From contig JAMDHS010000016.1 in NCBI GenBank assembly GCA_029717555.1, positions 62,001-126,000 of the forward strand: a stretch of 64,000 nt of DNA, given 5' to 3'. Below are positions 38,842 to 50,552 of this stretch, piece by piece. The notes beneath the pieces are model-generated. The model made no database searches. It saw nothing but the letters and a program-made list of their open reading frames with translations, and had not been told where the DNA came from. Position numbers and translations under genes: made by a program. The stretch is from Peribolospora baueri (lineage: Eukaryota). Position 1 is the stretch's first letter. Each line of letters begins with the position of its first letter.

Positions 38842-40300
38842 TGCAAGAGCGATGGAGGAGGCGGTGCTATAGACACTACTAAGGCTACGTGCTTCTACGA
38901 CGACTACGAGTAGAATGCGGCGAGTGCAAGGTCGTGGTCAGTGTAGTGTAGGGTCGTAAGGGGGGAAGATATCGTTGTCGGGACGCCTTATGTTTGTCCG
39001 CTTGCCCGATCACCCACGTCAACGATACGTCATCGTGTCCCGCCATCGTGGGCGAGTCCAGGGCCGGCCTCCCACGCTTGGCAACATCGTCTTCAACCTA
39101 TTTTGTCGCCCTCGCATTCTTCGTCCGAGTACATCACATGGGAGCCATCGGCGACGCCGAGCGACTGAAATGACGTCCCCACACCGAGCAGGGGTACAGT
39201 GATCCTGCACCGAGTGTGCCAAAAGACACGGCGACGAGGAGGAACTAGCCTCACAAAGTCAGAAGAAGAGCGAAGACAAGGCAAATAAATAAATAAAAAA
39301 AACCTGTGTCACGACTTGACGCGTCGCGTAGCTGGCTCTGGCTCTGGCGCTGCTGTTGCTTGTCTGGCGACTCGTCGGCTTGGCGAACTTGGCTGCTCTC
39401 TGACCTGACCTGCCTCTCCCCCCGCGCTCCCCTCCGAACGTCCGTTTGACCCCCACCACAGGCCACGGCAGCACCGGCTTCATACGAGGTCATCCTTGTC
39501 CAGGAGAGAGGCCTACGGTGGGAACGGAGCAGAACGGAGAAGAGCGAAGGGAAGGAGCAAGCGGACGGGGAATAGACCGATTCAGTCAAGAGTCTAACTC
39601 GCGTCCTCGCCTGATGAAAGACGAATCTCTCACGATACCGATTCGATTGTCTCGGAGAGATACGTCCGGAAAGGAAAATGCTCGATTGCGTCCTTGCTCG
39701 ACGTAAAAACGGGACTGACTACTCAGCATGGCTGCATCTCTTCCAACAAGCGGCTTCCATTTGCACAGAAGCATTCTGGCGTACGCAACAAGCAGCACAT
39801 ACATTCTATACAGGCGCCCCCCTCATTTGCAGCGCTGCAGCTCCTTCTGTTTGGGCCCGCGAAGGAAGGTTTATGACAGGACCACGGCGCTCGTACCGTC
39901 TCCGATCACGTGCTGTCCGACCAGCTTGGACGAGGCCAATCCGCTGGCTCTCAATAGAATCGCCCTTGCTCAGATGGAAAAAAGCAAAGGTTCCCACGCT
40001 GACGTGAGGACGGCGGACAGGGTGCAAGGGACCGAGCCTGACGATGACGAGCTGGCAAAGGGGCACGAGCGAGTGACGGTGCCGAATGTCACACCAGACT
40101 GGGACGACGTCATCGCCTGCGACACGTGCTGCGGCGAGGGCGCGTGACGGGACGCGGTCTCCTTTTTCTCGCGTACATGTGTTCGACCCGATCACGAACC
40201 ACGACCACCAACTCGGTTAGCCTTCGTCACCCTTCCTCATCACATCGCATCCTAGTCCTCTTCCTTGGCGAGGCGCGGCAGCTGAATCAACTAGCCCGCC

Positions 40301-43300
40301 ATGTTCATGCTCAAGTCCCGTGAGTGCGAGCCCTGCCTGCCCCTGCGAGATCATGGACGTATGGAGGGAGGGTGGACAGCGGACGTCACGCCACTCGGCC
40401 GGAACTGATTCCACGTTCTTACCCCGTCGCATTACCGTGTCCCCAGTCTTCGGCAAGATCTGGGGTAAGCACGCTCGTCTCTTCCACCTCTGGATCGCTG
40501 TCATTTATCGTGCTTAACTCGCTTTCGGCGCCTTATCGCTTCCCACGCACGGTCCGCAGGCGATCAGAACAATGTCGAGCTGATGCAGATCCCGGCTGGC
40601 GCGCTGTTCCTCGTCCGGCCGGATAGCATCAAGGGCTCGCGCGAATGTATGTGAGTGTACCAACGAGTTTCTTAGGGGCGAGGGCCATAACAACAGGTTT
40701 GAACTCGCGTCCCCTCGTCCCGTCCTCCGCTCCGGGCCTTCCCTCTACCCTTCCTTCCAGCTTCAAGGACGCCGTCGCGACCATCCGAAGGACGACGACG
40801 GACCGTAATTACGAGCTCGTGATCACGAGAGCATATGAGGAGGGGGAGGAGCAGTTGCTAGAAGAGGATGACGAGAGTGAGTTCCGGAATGTCGCATGGT
40901 TATCACGTCCGGTGGGACGAGTGACCCATCCTGATCCTTCCCTCCGCCACCCTTGCAGCCGACGACGAGCGCTCCTTCCTCATCGACGAAGAACTCGGCT
41001 TCCGCACTGGCGAGCGCGAAGGCGATCCGACGTTCATCTGGCGCGACCTTGCTGGGGACGAGAACGATCTGCTGGAGTTTGTTGTTGATTCGAGACAGGT
41101 CAACAGTGTCACCTGCAGCGTCTTCGAAGTCACTTTCTTCCAGTGTGCTTATGAGCGGAAAACGGGGAAGAGTCATGAGGAGGCGAGCGAGGAGGAGTTG
41201 GACAAGCTCAAGTTCAAGTGAGTCCCCGGCTGTCGTCACCTGCATGTCCTTTGTGCCTCATAAAGGACTCGCCCTTTCTTTGCCTCTCTTTTTAACAGCG
41301 CCTCAAGCGCCGTCGGTTTGGACGACGGCCCCACAGAGCCCGAGGAGCTACCGGTTGGAAACCTCTCGGTCTCCTCTCCCGGAGAGGATTCTAGAAGACC
41401 CGAAAAGACCGTCTCGAGCACCCGTCAAATGCAGACTTCTCAGAAACCCAGCGTCCCCGCCGCACCCACGGAGGATCTCCTGATCGTCCCTGGGCAGGAC
41501 GAGCCCACGGTCGTGGTCTCCGAGAAGGTTGATCTTTACCTTTATGATCAGAACTCGGGATTGTTCATGACCCAGGAGAAGGGCGTTACCGGCCAGGTGC
41601 TCGAGGCGGGCCAGTTCCTCTGTGAGTAGTTCAATGCTCCTCTAATGTTTCATGAGAGAGACGCCCTCGGCTCAACGGGTGCGTTGGTTCAATTTTTTCA
41701 GATTGGTTGTCCGTCGTTGGTGAAGAGAGGAGATGGCTCGGCCAGGCCGTCGACTCTAGTATGAACATGAACTTTGCAGCAGTGAGTGCGGGCGTGGCAT
41801 ACACCCCGAGCTTCCGACTAACGTTTCCTTCGGTCTTCCTTCCCTATCAGGACCAACTTTCCTGCGTATGGAACTACTTCGACGACCAAAAGCGCGTATA
41901 CTCCTGGTTGCTGCGGTTTTCAGATCGAGAGGTTTACGACCGCTTTCAGGAGGGCTTCTCTCGGTGCCTGTGGGAGACGCTGAATGAGATGTCGTGGTCG
42001 AAGGCCAAGGTGAGCTTGCGTATGATCGTGGGACGAGTGGTGGATTCGTTCTCTGCGCCATCCTTCGCTCTGCTTGATTTTGCCCGGCTTCTTGTGCCCT
42101 TACCCTTCACCGGACCCTATTCGCCTTTGTCTCGCGTTTTGTTGACGTTATCAGCCAGACGAGCAGCTATATGCAAAGCAAGCGTACGAGGAAGACGTGG
42201 AGATGTACCACGCTGACCAGGCGGACGATCAAGATGAGGAAGACGAGGTGGCTGCGGGTCTTGAACGTGAGTCGCTCTTGTTCCTTCTCGCTCATGACCC
42301 GAACTCATATCTCACTTTGGCGCTATTCCTACGTCTTTGATTTACTTGCGGCATCACAGCGGAGTACCCGGAGGAGGACGAGCTTGAAGAGGCGGAAGAA
42401 GCTGCGGGTATGCCTAGCGACGGCAAGGCCAAGAACTCACAGCTCGCGATCGGGTACAAGTTCGACCGATCGTTCGTCGTCCGGGGCAATCAGATCGGCG
42501 TGTTCAAACACACCGACGATGATAGGCTCGAGTTTGCCACTACCATCAACAAGATCTCCACTCCCAAGGGCAAGGATTTCAGCCCTCGCAAGGTGAACCT
42601 TTGTTCTGCACTCCGTGAGGAGGATGAACGCTGAACGTTTACACCTTTTTTATGCAGATCATGCTTCACGACCAAGACACGTCGATGGTCATGATGGACC
42701 CCAACAACCGGCACTCGCTCTTCAGAATGGACCTCGAGCACGGCAAGATCGTGGATGAGTGGAAGGTGCACGATGACGTGCAGGTTCAGAATGTTGTACC
42801 CGACTCCAAGTACGCGCAGATGACGCCGAACCAGACGCTTGTCGGGATGAGCCACAACGGCCTGTACCGGATCGATCCTCGTGTGGGGGGCAACAAATTG
42901 GTGGAGAGCCAGTTCAAGCAGTATGCTTCGAAGAACGACTTTAGCGCGGCCACCGTGAGTCTTTGCGTGTGTGAGCGCCGAGGGACGAGGTTGCACTGAA
43001 CGTCAGACCTTTGGCTTTTTCGCTTGCTCCACAGACCGACGACAAAGGCCACATTGCTGTGGCGTCGAACAAAGGCGACATCCGTCTCTTCGACTCGATC
43101 GGCAAGAATGCCAAGACAGCATTGCCGGCCCTCGGCGACCCTATCCTCGGCGTCGACGTGACGGCGGACGGACGCTATCTGGTGGCGACGTGCAAGACGT
43201 ACCTGCTTCTCATCGACACGCTCATCGGTGACGGCAAGAACCAGGGCAGCCTCGGCTTTGAGCGTAGCTTCCCTGCCAATTCCAAGCCGATTCCTAGGAG

Positions 43301-43864
43301 GCTCCAGCTCAAGCCGCAGCACGTGGCGTACATGGATTGCGAGGTCAACTTTACTCCCGCCCGGTTCAACACTGGGCCTGATCAGGAGAAGAGCATTGTC
43401 ACCAGCTCTGGGTGAGTTTGCCTTCCTTCGTTCCCTTGAGACCGTGTTCTTACTATTGTTATCCCGCGACAGACCATACGTCATCACCTGGAACTTTAAG
43501 CGCGTCAAGGCGGGCCGTTTGGACGACTACCAGATCAAGAAGTGAGGCGGATCGAATCCGACGGCTTGCAGCGTGCATGTCCAGTGGGACTGACTGTTGA
43601 CGTGTACCCATTTTCGATGCAGGTACGCGGACAACGTCGTGGCCGACAACTTTACGTACGGCGCGGACCGAGAAATTGTGAGTGTAAAGTGGGACGTGGC
43701 GACATGTTGCAGCTGCTCAACTGGTCTTTTATTTTTCGCAGGTCGTCGCCCTTCCCAGCGACGTCCTCCTCGCACAAAAGAAGCAGCTCCGAAAGCCGAC
43801 GCGCACTTCGCTCTCCGCTACGCCTCGCAGGTCGCGGAGCAGCTTTGTCAACGCGCCGTTCTAG
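40301..43864 (+). CDS. VID27: Vacuolar import and degradation protein 27, many exons
   Basis: MFMLKS|...IRRTTTDRNYELVITRAYEEGEEQLL; SWLLRF...FQEGFSRCLWE; NSQLAIGYKFDRSFVVRGNQIGVFKH; MDLEHGKIVDEWKV; AKTALPALGDPILGVDVTADGRYLVATCKTYLLLID. Confidence 0.95.
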
Positions 43865-44776
43865 GCCCGTGTTTCCTCTCTTGTCTAGTCTTGTTGTTTG
43901 TCTACCGCTGTCGAGGTCGGCTCTCATTCGTTCGGCTTCATTCATGTCAGTCACGGGAGGTTCTTTCTTTGTTTCCTGAGTGAGTTGCTCCGAGCGCTCC
44001 TCTTCCTTTCTGCTTGCTTTTTCGTCCGCCCCTCGTCCCAAGTTACCCCTGTCGAGTTTCCCCGTTAGTTTATCAGTACCGTCCGTCTGCTGCCCCATGT
44101 CGACCGCTAGCCATGTATGTAATGAGATTTTTTGAGAACAAGCGCGATTGGGCGTCGAGGGCGAGTGACGGTACTGATTTGAGATGGCAAGGCCAACGAT
44201 GACCACCCCAGGCTGACATGCGCCGCGGGGAGTGCTGCGGCTGCCGACAACCTGGCGGAATCCATCACTGGCTACTCTAGTGCTCGCCGAGCCGGCGTCG
44301 AGAGCGGCTCGCGCGATCTCCTCGGTTGCCCTCGCCAGTCGGGAATAGGCCTCGACGCCGCACTTCTCCCAGATGTGGCCCCCAGTTTCCCCAGACGCTC
44401 CCTAACCTCCTAACCGTCTCCTGAAGTCTGTCCTCGCCTCGCTCTTCCCTCCCCTTCTTTAAGCACCTGCAAGACGACGTTTTGGGGCGCCAACTGCCAA
44501 AAAGGTACACCGGCCGAAACGTCCGAACGCGCAGTGCATGCGCGGCGACTGCGGCAACAACTCGTGGCGCGGTCCACCCCCACACCTTCGTTCTTGTTGT
44601 TCTCTCCACTGACACTGTCGCTTTGCGCAAATACACGTTGTTCATCGTTTGTTGTCGTTGTTGTCGTTGTTGTCGTCGTCGTCATCCTCCTCGCCGTCGT
44701 TCGTCTTGTCGACCCCAGGCGCTCATCAGTTGGGCATCGGAACTCCACATCTTTTTGACCGCTAAGAGAGACGACC

Positions 44777-47154
44777 ATGTCTTTCTTCTCAGAAGCTCAA
44801 GTGGACGACACCACCCTCCTCCTCCTCCTCCTCTTCATCCTCACCCTCATCCTCTCCGTCTACCACTCCCGCCTCTATGCTCCCCTCACCCACCCCATCG
44901 TCCTTGGCAGGCAGGCCGACTTTGCTAGAGTGCGCAACAACGGAGAATCGACTGTTTTGCGCAACTCTAATGCTCCTCACGGTTTTCCGCTCGCTCATGC
45001 TCCCGAGACGAGTGTCAGGAGGCCCGAGGACTTGCTGGCGGCCAAAGACGGGCGTGTCGACCTTTTTGAGACAAAGGTGCGATTGCGGTTGCGATTGCCC
45101 GCTGATCGTCTCGGGCGCCCTGCTGACACGCTTCCTACGTCGTCGCCCCGCAGACTACAAAGGCGGAGCTGCTCAACCGCGTACGTGCCTTGCGAGCCGG
45201 CCTCATGAGCCTCACCGGCAAAGGCGCTTCCGATCTTTTTGTCGTCGCGTCCTTGGCTGACTGTGCTGGTGGGTTGACCAGGCTCGGCGGTCAGACGATG
45301 TATCCGAGCTGACCTTCCATCGTGCCGCGCTCTTTTCCTCAGAGCTCCTCGTCGCCGAGCTGGCCGTCTCCCGCCCTCTTCTACTCCTCCCTTCTCATAC
45401 CACCGTCCCCGCCCTTCCCACCACCCCGGGTCCACTGGCAACTTCCCTCGTCTCCCTCCCTCACCTCCCCGCAGCCCTCATCCTAGACCTACCCACCGCC
45501 GCCTCCCTCGTCACCGACTCTGCTCGTCTCCACCCGTCCTCCCTCGTCGTGCTTGTCAACTTTGAGGAAGGAAGGCAGGCCGGCGTGTTCGAAACGGTCA
45601 AGGAGAGCTTGAGGGAGAAGGGATGGAAGGCTGTAGGGTTTGAGGACGTGATCAGGACGGGAGAGAGGAAAGGCGAGGATGACCACCAAGAGGCGGCGAA
45701 TGAGAAGGAGAAGGAGGACGGAGGTTTTGTTGAACTCGCTACGGGAGATAGGGAGATGCGTTTGCGGATCAGCCAAGAGGTGAGTCGTATCTCTTCTTGG
45801 CCCGACCTCTCCGAACGTAGTGCTAATTTAAGCTATGCCACACCTCCTTTGCCACGATCACAGAACATCCTCTCCGGCGTGGCCTCCATCATGTCCCTCT
45901 TCCCAGCCCACGACGTCCCCTCGGACAAGGACGTGGTGCTCACGTCCTTTGGCCTCGACCAGCCCGTGGGTACGAGCCTCGGATGGATGTGCGCCTATAC
46001 TGGCGCTGCATTGAGGAGCGCTGCGTTTTTGGATGGTAAGCTAGGCCTGTCGGTTGGACGAATGACTTTTTGAGTCGCTGGCCGAGAAGGGGTGCTGACT
46101 CGTTTGCATGCTGCGCTCTCAGATGAGGAAGAGACCGACGCTTCACTCGCTCAGAAGCTGTCAAAGAATGCGCCGACGGTGCTTTTCGTGTAAGCGGCGA
46201 TCGGCTAAACTCCCCTGCTGATGACGGGCTCACAGGCGTTGTTATTCTTTCCCCACTTTTGGCAGCACCCTCTCCCACGCCCGTCTTCTTAATTCCCTCC
46301 TGACGCCCAAATCCCTATCGCCCCTCCACCGCCTCGGCGAGCGCTTCAAGCTCGTACGTTTGCGTCACGGTGCCTATGTCAAAGATACCCTCTGGGACCG
46401 GCTCGTGTTTCAAGGTCTGCGCAACAAGGTTGGCCTCGGTAGTGTGAGGGCAATCGTCATCGTCGGAGATGGTGAGTCGTCGTGTCCATCCTTGCATCGG
46501 CTTTGTCCTCGTGCGGATGTCTGGCCGTTCGTTCATCGCGCGTAAACCTTGCTCCCAGGCTTCTCCTCGACGCCCCAGCACCTACTCGACTCCCTCCGTC
46601 TTCGCCTCGGCACCCCAGTCCTCAACGCCTACCTCCCCATTTCCTCTCCGAGCGGTCACCAATTGGCCTCCGCACCCGTCACCTCCTCCCACCCATACGA
46701 CCTCCAAGCTTTCATTGAGGATGAAAACTACGAGGCAGGAGGAGGCTCTGGGACGGCAACGGCAACGCACGTCGGCTCCCCTTGCGTCGGTTGTGAGCTG
46801 AAGTTGCGATTGGACGATGCCGAGGCGAAGGGAGAGAGCGCGTTTGGGCCGGGAGAGGTGAGATTGGTCGTCCGATCGTCCAGTTTGTCGGCTTTTCTCC
46901 ATGCCCTGCCTTAGGTGTCAGAGGTCACTAACGAACGGACCACCGACGCCCCTTACACCGACAATATACAGATCCTAGTCAGAGGCCCCATCGTCCTCGC
47001 TCCATCCCCGTCAGCACCAGCCGCCGCTGGTGCTTCTTTATCTTCGGGCTCCGAACAGAAGGCATGGAGCGACGGAGGGTGGATGTCCACCGGCGACCGT
47101 GCTTACATTCGTTCGAATGGCACGTTGAGGGTCGTTGGGAGGGTGGGCCAGTGA
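44777..47154 (+). CDS. Acyl-CoA synthetase-like (ANL superfamily) protein with N-terminal membrane anchor, degenerate P-loop and no C-terminal subdomain
   Basis: N-terminal TM; HPIVLGRQADFARVRNNGESTVLRN; DTLWDRLVFQGLR; HVGSPCVGCELKL; GE|ILVRGP; WMSTGDRAYIRSNGTLRVVGRVGQ*. Confidence 0.75.
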
Positions 47155-47499
47155 TCGGCCCTTACCCCGACGACTTGATTCATTAATCAGTTCGCCTTCA
47201 TGTCTTTACGACAGCCTGCTGGCGTTGCTTGCGGTGGATGGATAAGAAGGAAAAAAGAGAAGAGAAAAAAATGCGTGGTGTACGCTAGCAGGTCTGGTCG
47301 ATTTTCTCCTTTTTTTTTTCCGCTTTTATGTGCCCACCCCCCCTCCGGGGCCTTTGGTGGGTTTTTTCTCTCGCCCCCCCTTCCGTCCGCATCTCGTACA
47401 TGCGCTGCGTCCGTCGCCTTCGTCTCGCTTGAACTCCGCTTCCCGAGTCTCAGCGGTCTCTGATCGCAAAAAAGAGAAAAAGGAGGCTTTCCTACGCAG

Positions 47500-50197
47500 T
47501 CAACATGTTGTTATTAATACTCATGACTCAACGACTGTACAGGAAATGGTCAACGAGGCAATGGAGAGGCGACTGCGTAGCAGTACCCTCCCTACCTCAG
47601 GACCTTCTTCTGAAACCGCTAGTAGTACCTCCAAGGCCACTTCCAGCAGATCATCGCTGCATGTACTCAAATCCTCGGAACCTTCCAGGCCATCCAAGGA
47701 TAAACCCAGGGACAAAACAAAGCAGCAGAAGAAGAGCTCCAAAGACCAATGCGCCAAGAAGAAAAGGCAGGACCCTAAAAAGTCCTCCACTTGGTATGTA
47801 GGCCCTCGCTTTAATGTGAGAAAAATGGCTACATATCCAGACATCTTCTTTCGCGCTACCCCCGCAGAACGCGCAAAGTTCGTATACCGGCATTCGTCCC
47901 CCTTGTTTATTGACACCCTAGTCAAAAACAATGAGGTACACAACGTTGCCGGTAAACCTCTGTCACTCCAGGTCAAACGGACCCTAGCTTTCAATATGAA
48001 GTTTATTCCGAAACCTAGAATGTCAGACACCGAATGGACTACCTCTATTGAGGACTTCGAACGACGTGCTCGCTGGAGATGGTTTTTCCCCGATAAACCA
48101 GATGTTGAACCTTTCGTCCCAAGGTTTCACATTCCCAGCCAGACCCCCGCTCCTAAACAAAGTCACCGTTTTGAGCGCAGCCTCGCTGTCGGCCGTTCTG
48201 CGTTAATGACAGCGATTCATACTGCTGCCAGGAATCGTCCTCCGACGGCCCCAAACCTCGGTAAAAGGACTTGGACTGCTCTTCGTGAATTCCTATCAGA
48301 TGGAGACACTCTGGTGCTCCCCACTGATAAGAACTTCGGAATGGCCATTGTCTCCGAGACATGGTATTTCAACGAAGCGCAAAGGCAACTGAGCGAATCG
48401 AGCTGTCTAAGCCATTACAAACCCTAACCCAAGGGCTTGGCTAGCTACCCTGTACCGATAAGTAGTCTGCCAGTTCTGAAGCGTTACGAATGTACCGCGT
48501 CAGTTCGGCCTTAATAAAGGCCGATTTGACAGCTACTGGATGGTAGGAGGACCAGGGGATGTATTGATAAGCGTTAAGGCTCTTCTGGAAGATTCGGGTT
48601 CCGAGACCATCATTGGAGAGGTGGGTGAAGGGGTTGGCCTTCACCAACACTTCCACATCCAGGAATTCAAGCTTTGTGAGGGAAGCTTTAACGCTTATCT
48701 TAGGCTGCGGGTGGATAATTGCCAGAAGCGGGCGAAGAACGTCGAGGACGTCATTTCCGTTCCGCTGGTTGCTTGTGAGGGCAACCACGGCGAAGATATC
48801 GTCAATGTACCTGGCATTTGTACATCACTTTTGCCTGGGGAAGCAGTTTCGAGATGAGCTGTTGCTCATGCCAAGCCATGAAGAGGTTAGCATACGCTGG
48901 TGCGCAGCTAGTCCCCATGGCTGTTCCTCGGATTTGCTTGTAGGTAACCCCGAAGAAAGTGAAGTAGTTGTTCTAGAGGACTTGGGTGAGCAAGGAAAGG
49001 ATGAGATCCTTTGTGCGTTGATCGTACCCAGACTTGGAGATGACGGAGCGTAGTGTTCGCAACCCTTCCCGAGTGGGAATGGAGGGATACATTGCCTCAC
49101 CGTCGCCAGATACAAGGCAAAGCCGCTGTGTCGGCGAAATTTGCCGGGATAGGTTGGTGATCCCTTTAACAAATTCCTTGGAATCACGGAGGATCCAGGG
49201 GTAGCCGGGCAGAAGCGGTTGCAGCTTATAGTCGATCCATGCAGATGCCTTTGACCAGAAGGTATCGAATCCAGGGACGATGGGGCGTCCGGCGATGGGA
49301 TTTTTATGGATCTTGGGAATCAGTTTGAACTGCGGGAGGCGTAGATCATTTCCGGTTAAGAGGTCCTCGGAGGAGAGTAAGCACTTCCTTTCTTGGGAGA
49401 AAAGGGAAGACCGGTAAAGCTCTGTGAGGCGATCTCTTCTTTCAGAGACTCCAAGCAGGAAGGTCTTCCTCAGTCTCAATTACTACACTCTCCGCGAGCG
49501 AGCCCTCTCAGACGCACACCCGGCTGAAAGAGAGACGAGCGACGCTACGAAACCGCCACCACGACTCGTGTTGAAATCCTTTTACAATCCCATCTGGGAT
49601 GGAGTCGATTTGCGTCCCGTCTGGGACCTTTACCTCTCTCAATGGGTTGATCTCGGGTTCGTCTCTCTCGGGGCACTCGGATCATCAACTGTAAAAGGAA
49701 GGCGCGTAGCCTCGGTGACTTCTTCAACGCGTCAAACAAGAGATCTATCCAGGGGAGTCGCGTTAAACGCATCCAAGTTTCAGACTTTGCTCGACCCACA
49801 TCAGGGAAGACATCGCCTCTGAAACCTCTGATATGGAGATAGCCGCCCACGCATGCCGAACTACCTTTCTCGATAAACTCATTTGGGTCAGGCGAAAGGA
49901 GCTCGAGCTCCTCACCTGTCTACAAAAAGAGGAGAAAGTCGTACAGCAGCTAGGCCAAAGCCTTCGCGAAAAAGCAGCCCCCTTAACCGCTATGGCTCAA
50001 GTGCCCCCAGACGTCTCTAGAGAGCTACGAAAGCGCTCGCACAGAGTCCTGATATGGGGGTCATAGACGTCTGGGGGCACTTGAGCCATAGCGGTTAAGG
50101 GGGCTGCTTTTTCGCGAAGGCTTTGGCCTAGCTGCTGTACGACTTTCTCCTCTTTTTGTAGACAGGTGAGAAGCTCGAGCTCCTTTCGCCTGACCCA
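47500..50197 (+). mobile_element. Decayed Penelope-like retroelement, no GIY-YIG endonuclease visible (Coprina/Athena-like), with internal inversion and terminal inverted duplication
   Basis: Intronless and less GC-rich than the flanks. Plus strand: LAFNMKFIP, DFERRARWRWFF, LVLPTDKNFGMAIV...YFNEAQRQLS. Minus strand RT: PQFKLIPKIHKNPIAGRPIV, LVSGDGEAMYPSIP, YKQIRGTAMGTSCAPAYANLFM, RYIDDIF, LEFLDV, YQYIPWSSYHP...FIKAELTRYIR. Plus strand C-terminus LVLKSFYNPIW. Left boundary approximate. Confidence 0.9.
49884..50197. repeat. Long inverted repeat: 133-bp arms (49884-50016 and 50065-50197), one mismatch, 48-nt spacer
   Basis: Block-by-block reverse-complement comparison; the only mismatch is C49910 opposite A50171. 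Confidence 0.98.
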
Positions 50198-50552
50198 CTA
50201 TCGTTTTCATTTCCTCAGTTGCGCGACGCGAATCGCGCCGTCGGCGCGCGTCTGCTTGTCCTTGTCCTTGTCCTTTCTTCGTCCGCGTTTTTCTTTTTTT
50301 TTTCCCCCTCGTTTGTCAACTACTTGTTGCCCAAGTATTCCCCTCCGCCTTCTCACACGCGCACGACGGTTATCCTGGCTGACGACGTAGGCGACTGCGT
50401 TTGCAAACCCTTGACCGGTGTTGGTGCAAGGTGGAAGGTGGCACATGCGCTCAATGCATGTGACATTGTAATGCCTCCACCCCTACTGATGACACGTCGC
50501 ACGTTGCCTTTCCGACTGAAAAGCAATCTCGCGATTGGAGACGTGGACAAAG

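Noticed and set aside
39400..40200. Short ORFs upstream of VID27
   Set aside because: No recognisable motifs or consistent splice pattern; probably intergenic.
49415..49475. Minus-strand CTGAGGA...GAAA...ATC hammerhead-like spacing inside the retroelement
   Set aside because: Stems I and III do not pair and the sequence lies within the RT coding region.
49894..49912. GAAA-GGAGCTCGAGCTCC-TC palindrome resembling hammerhead stem III
   Set aside because: No CUGANGA box at a suitable position; it is just a local palindrome within the repeat arm.
47480..50225. Possible target-site duplication (tttcctacgcagt versus tttcctcagt)
   Set aside because: Not identical and not flush with the element ends.
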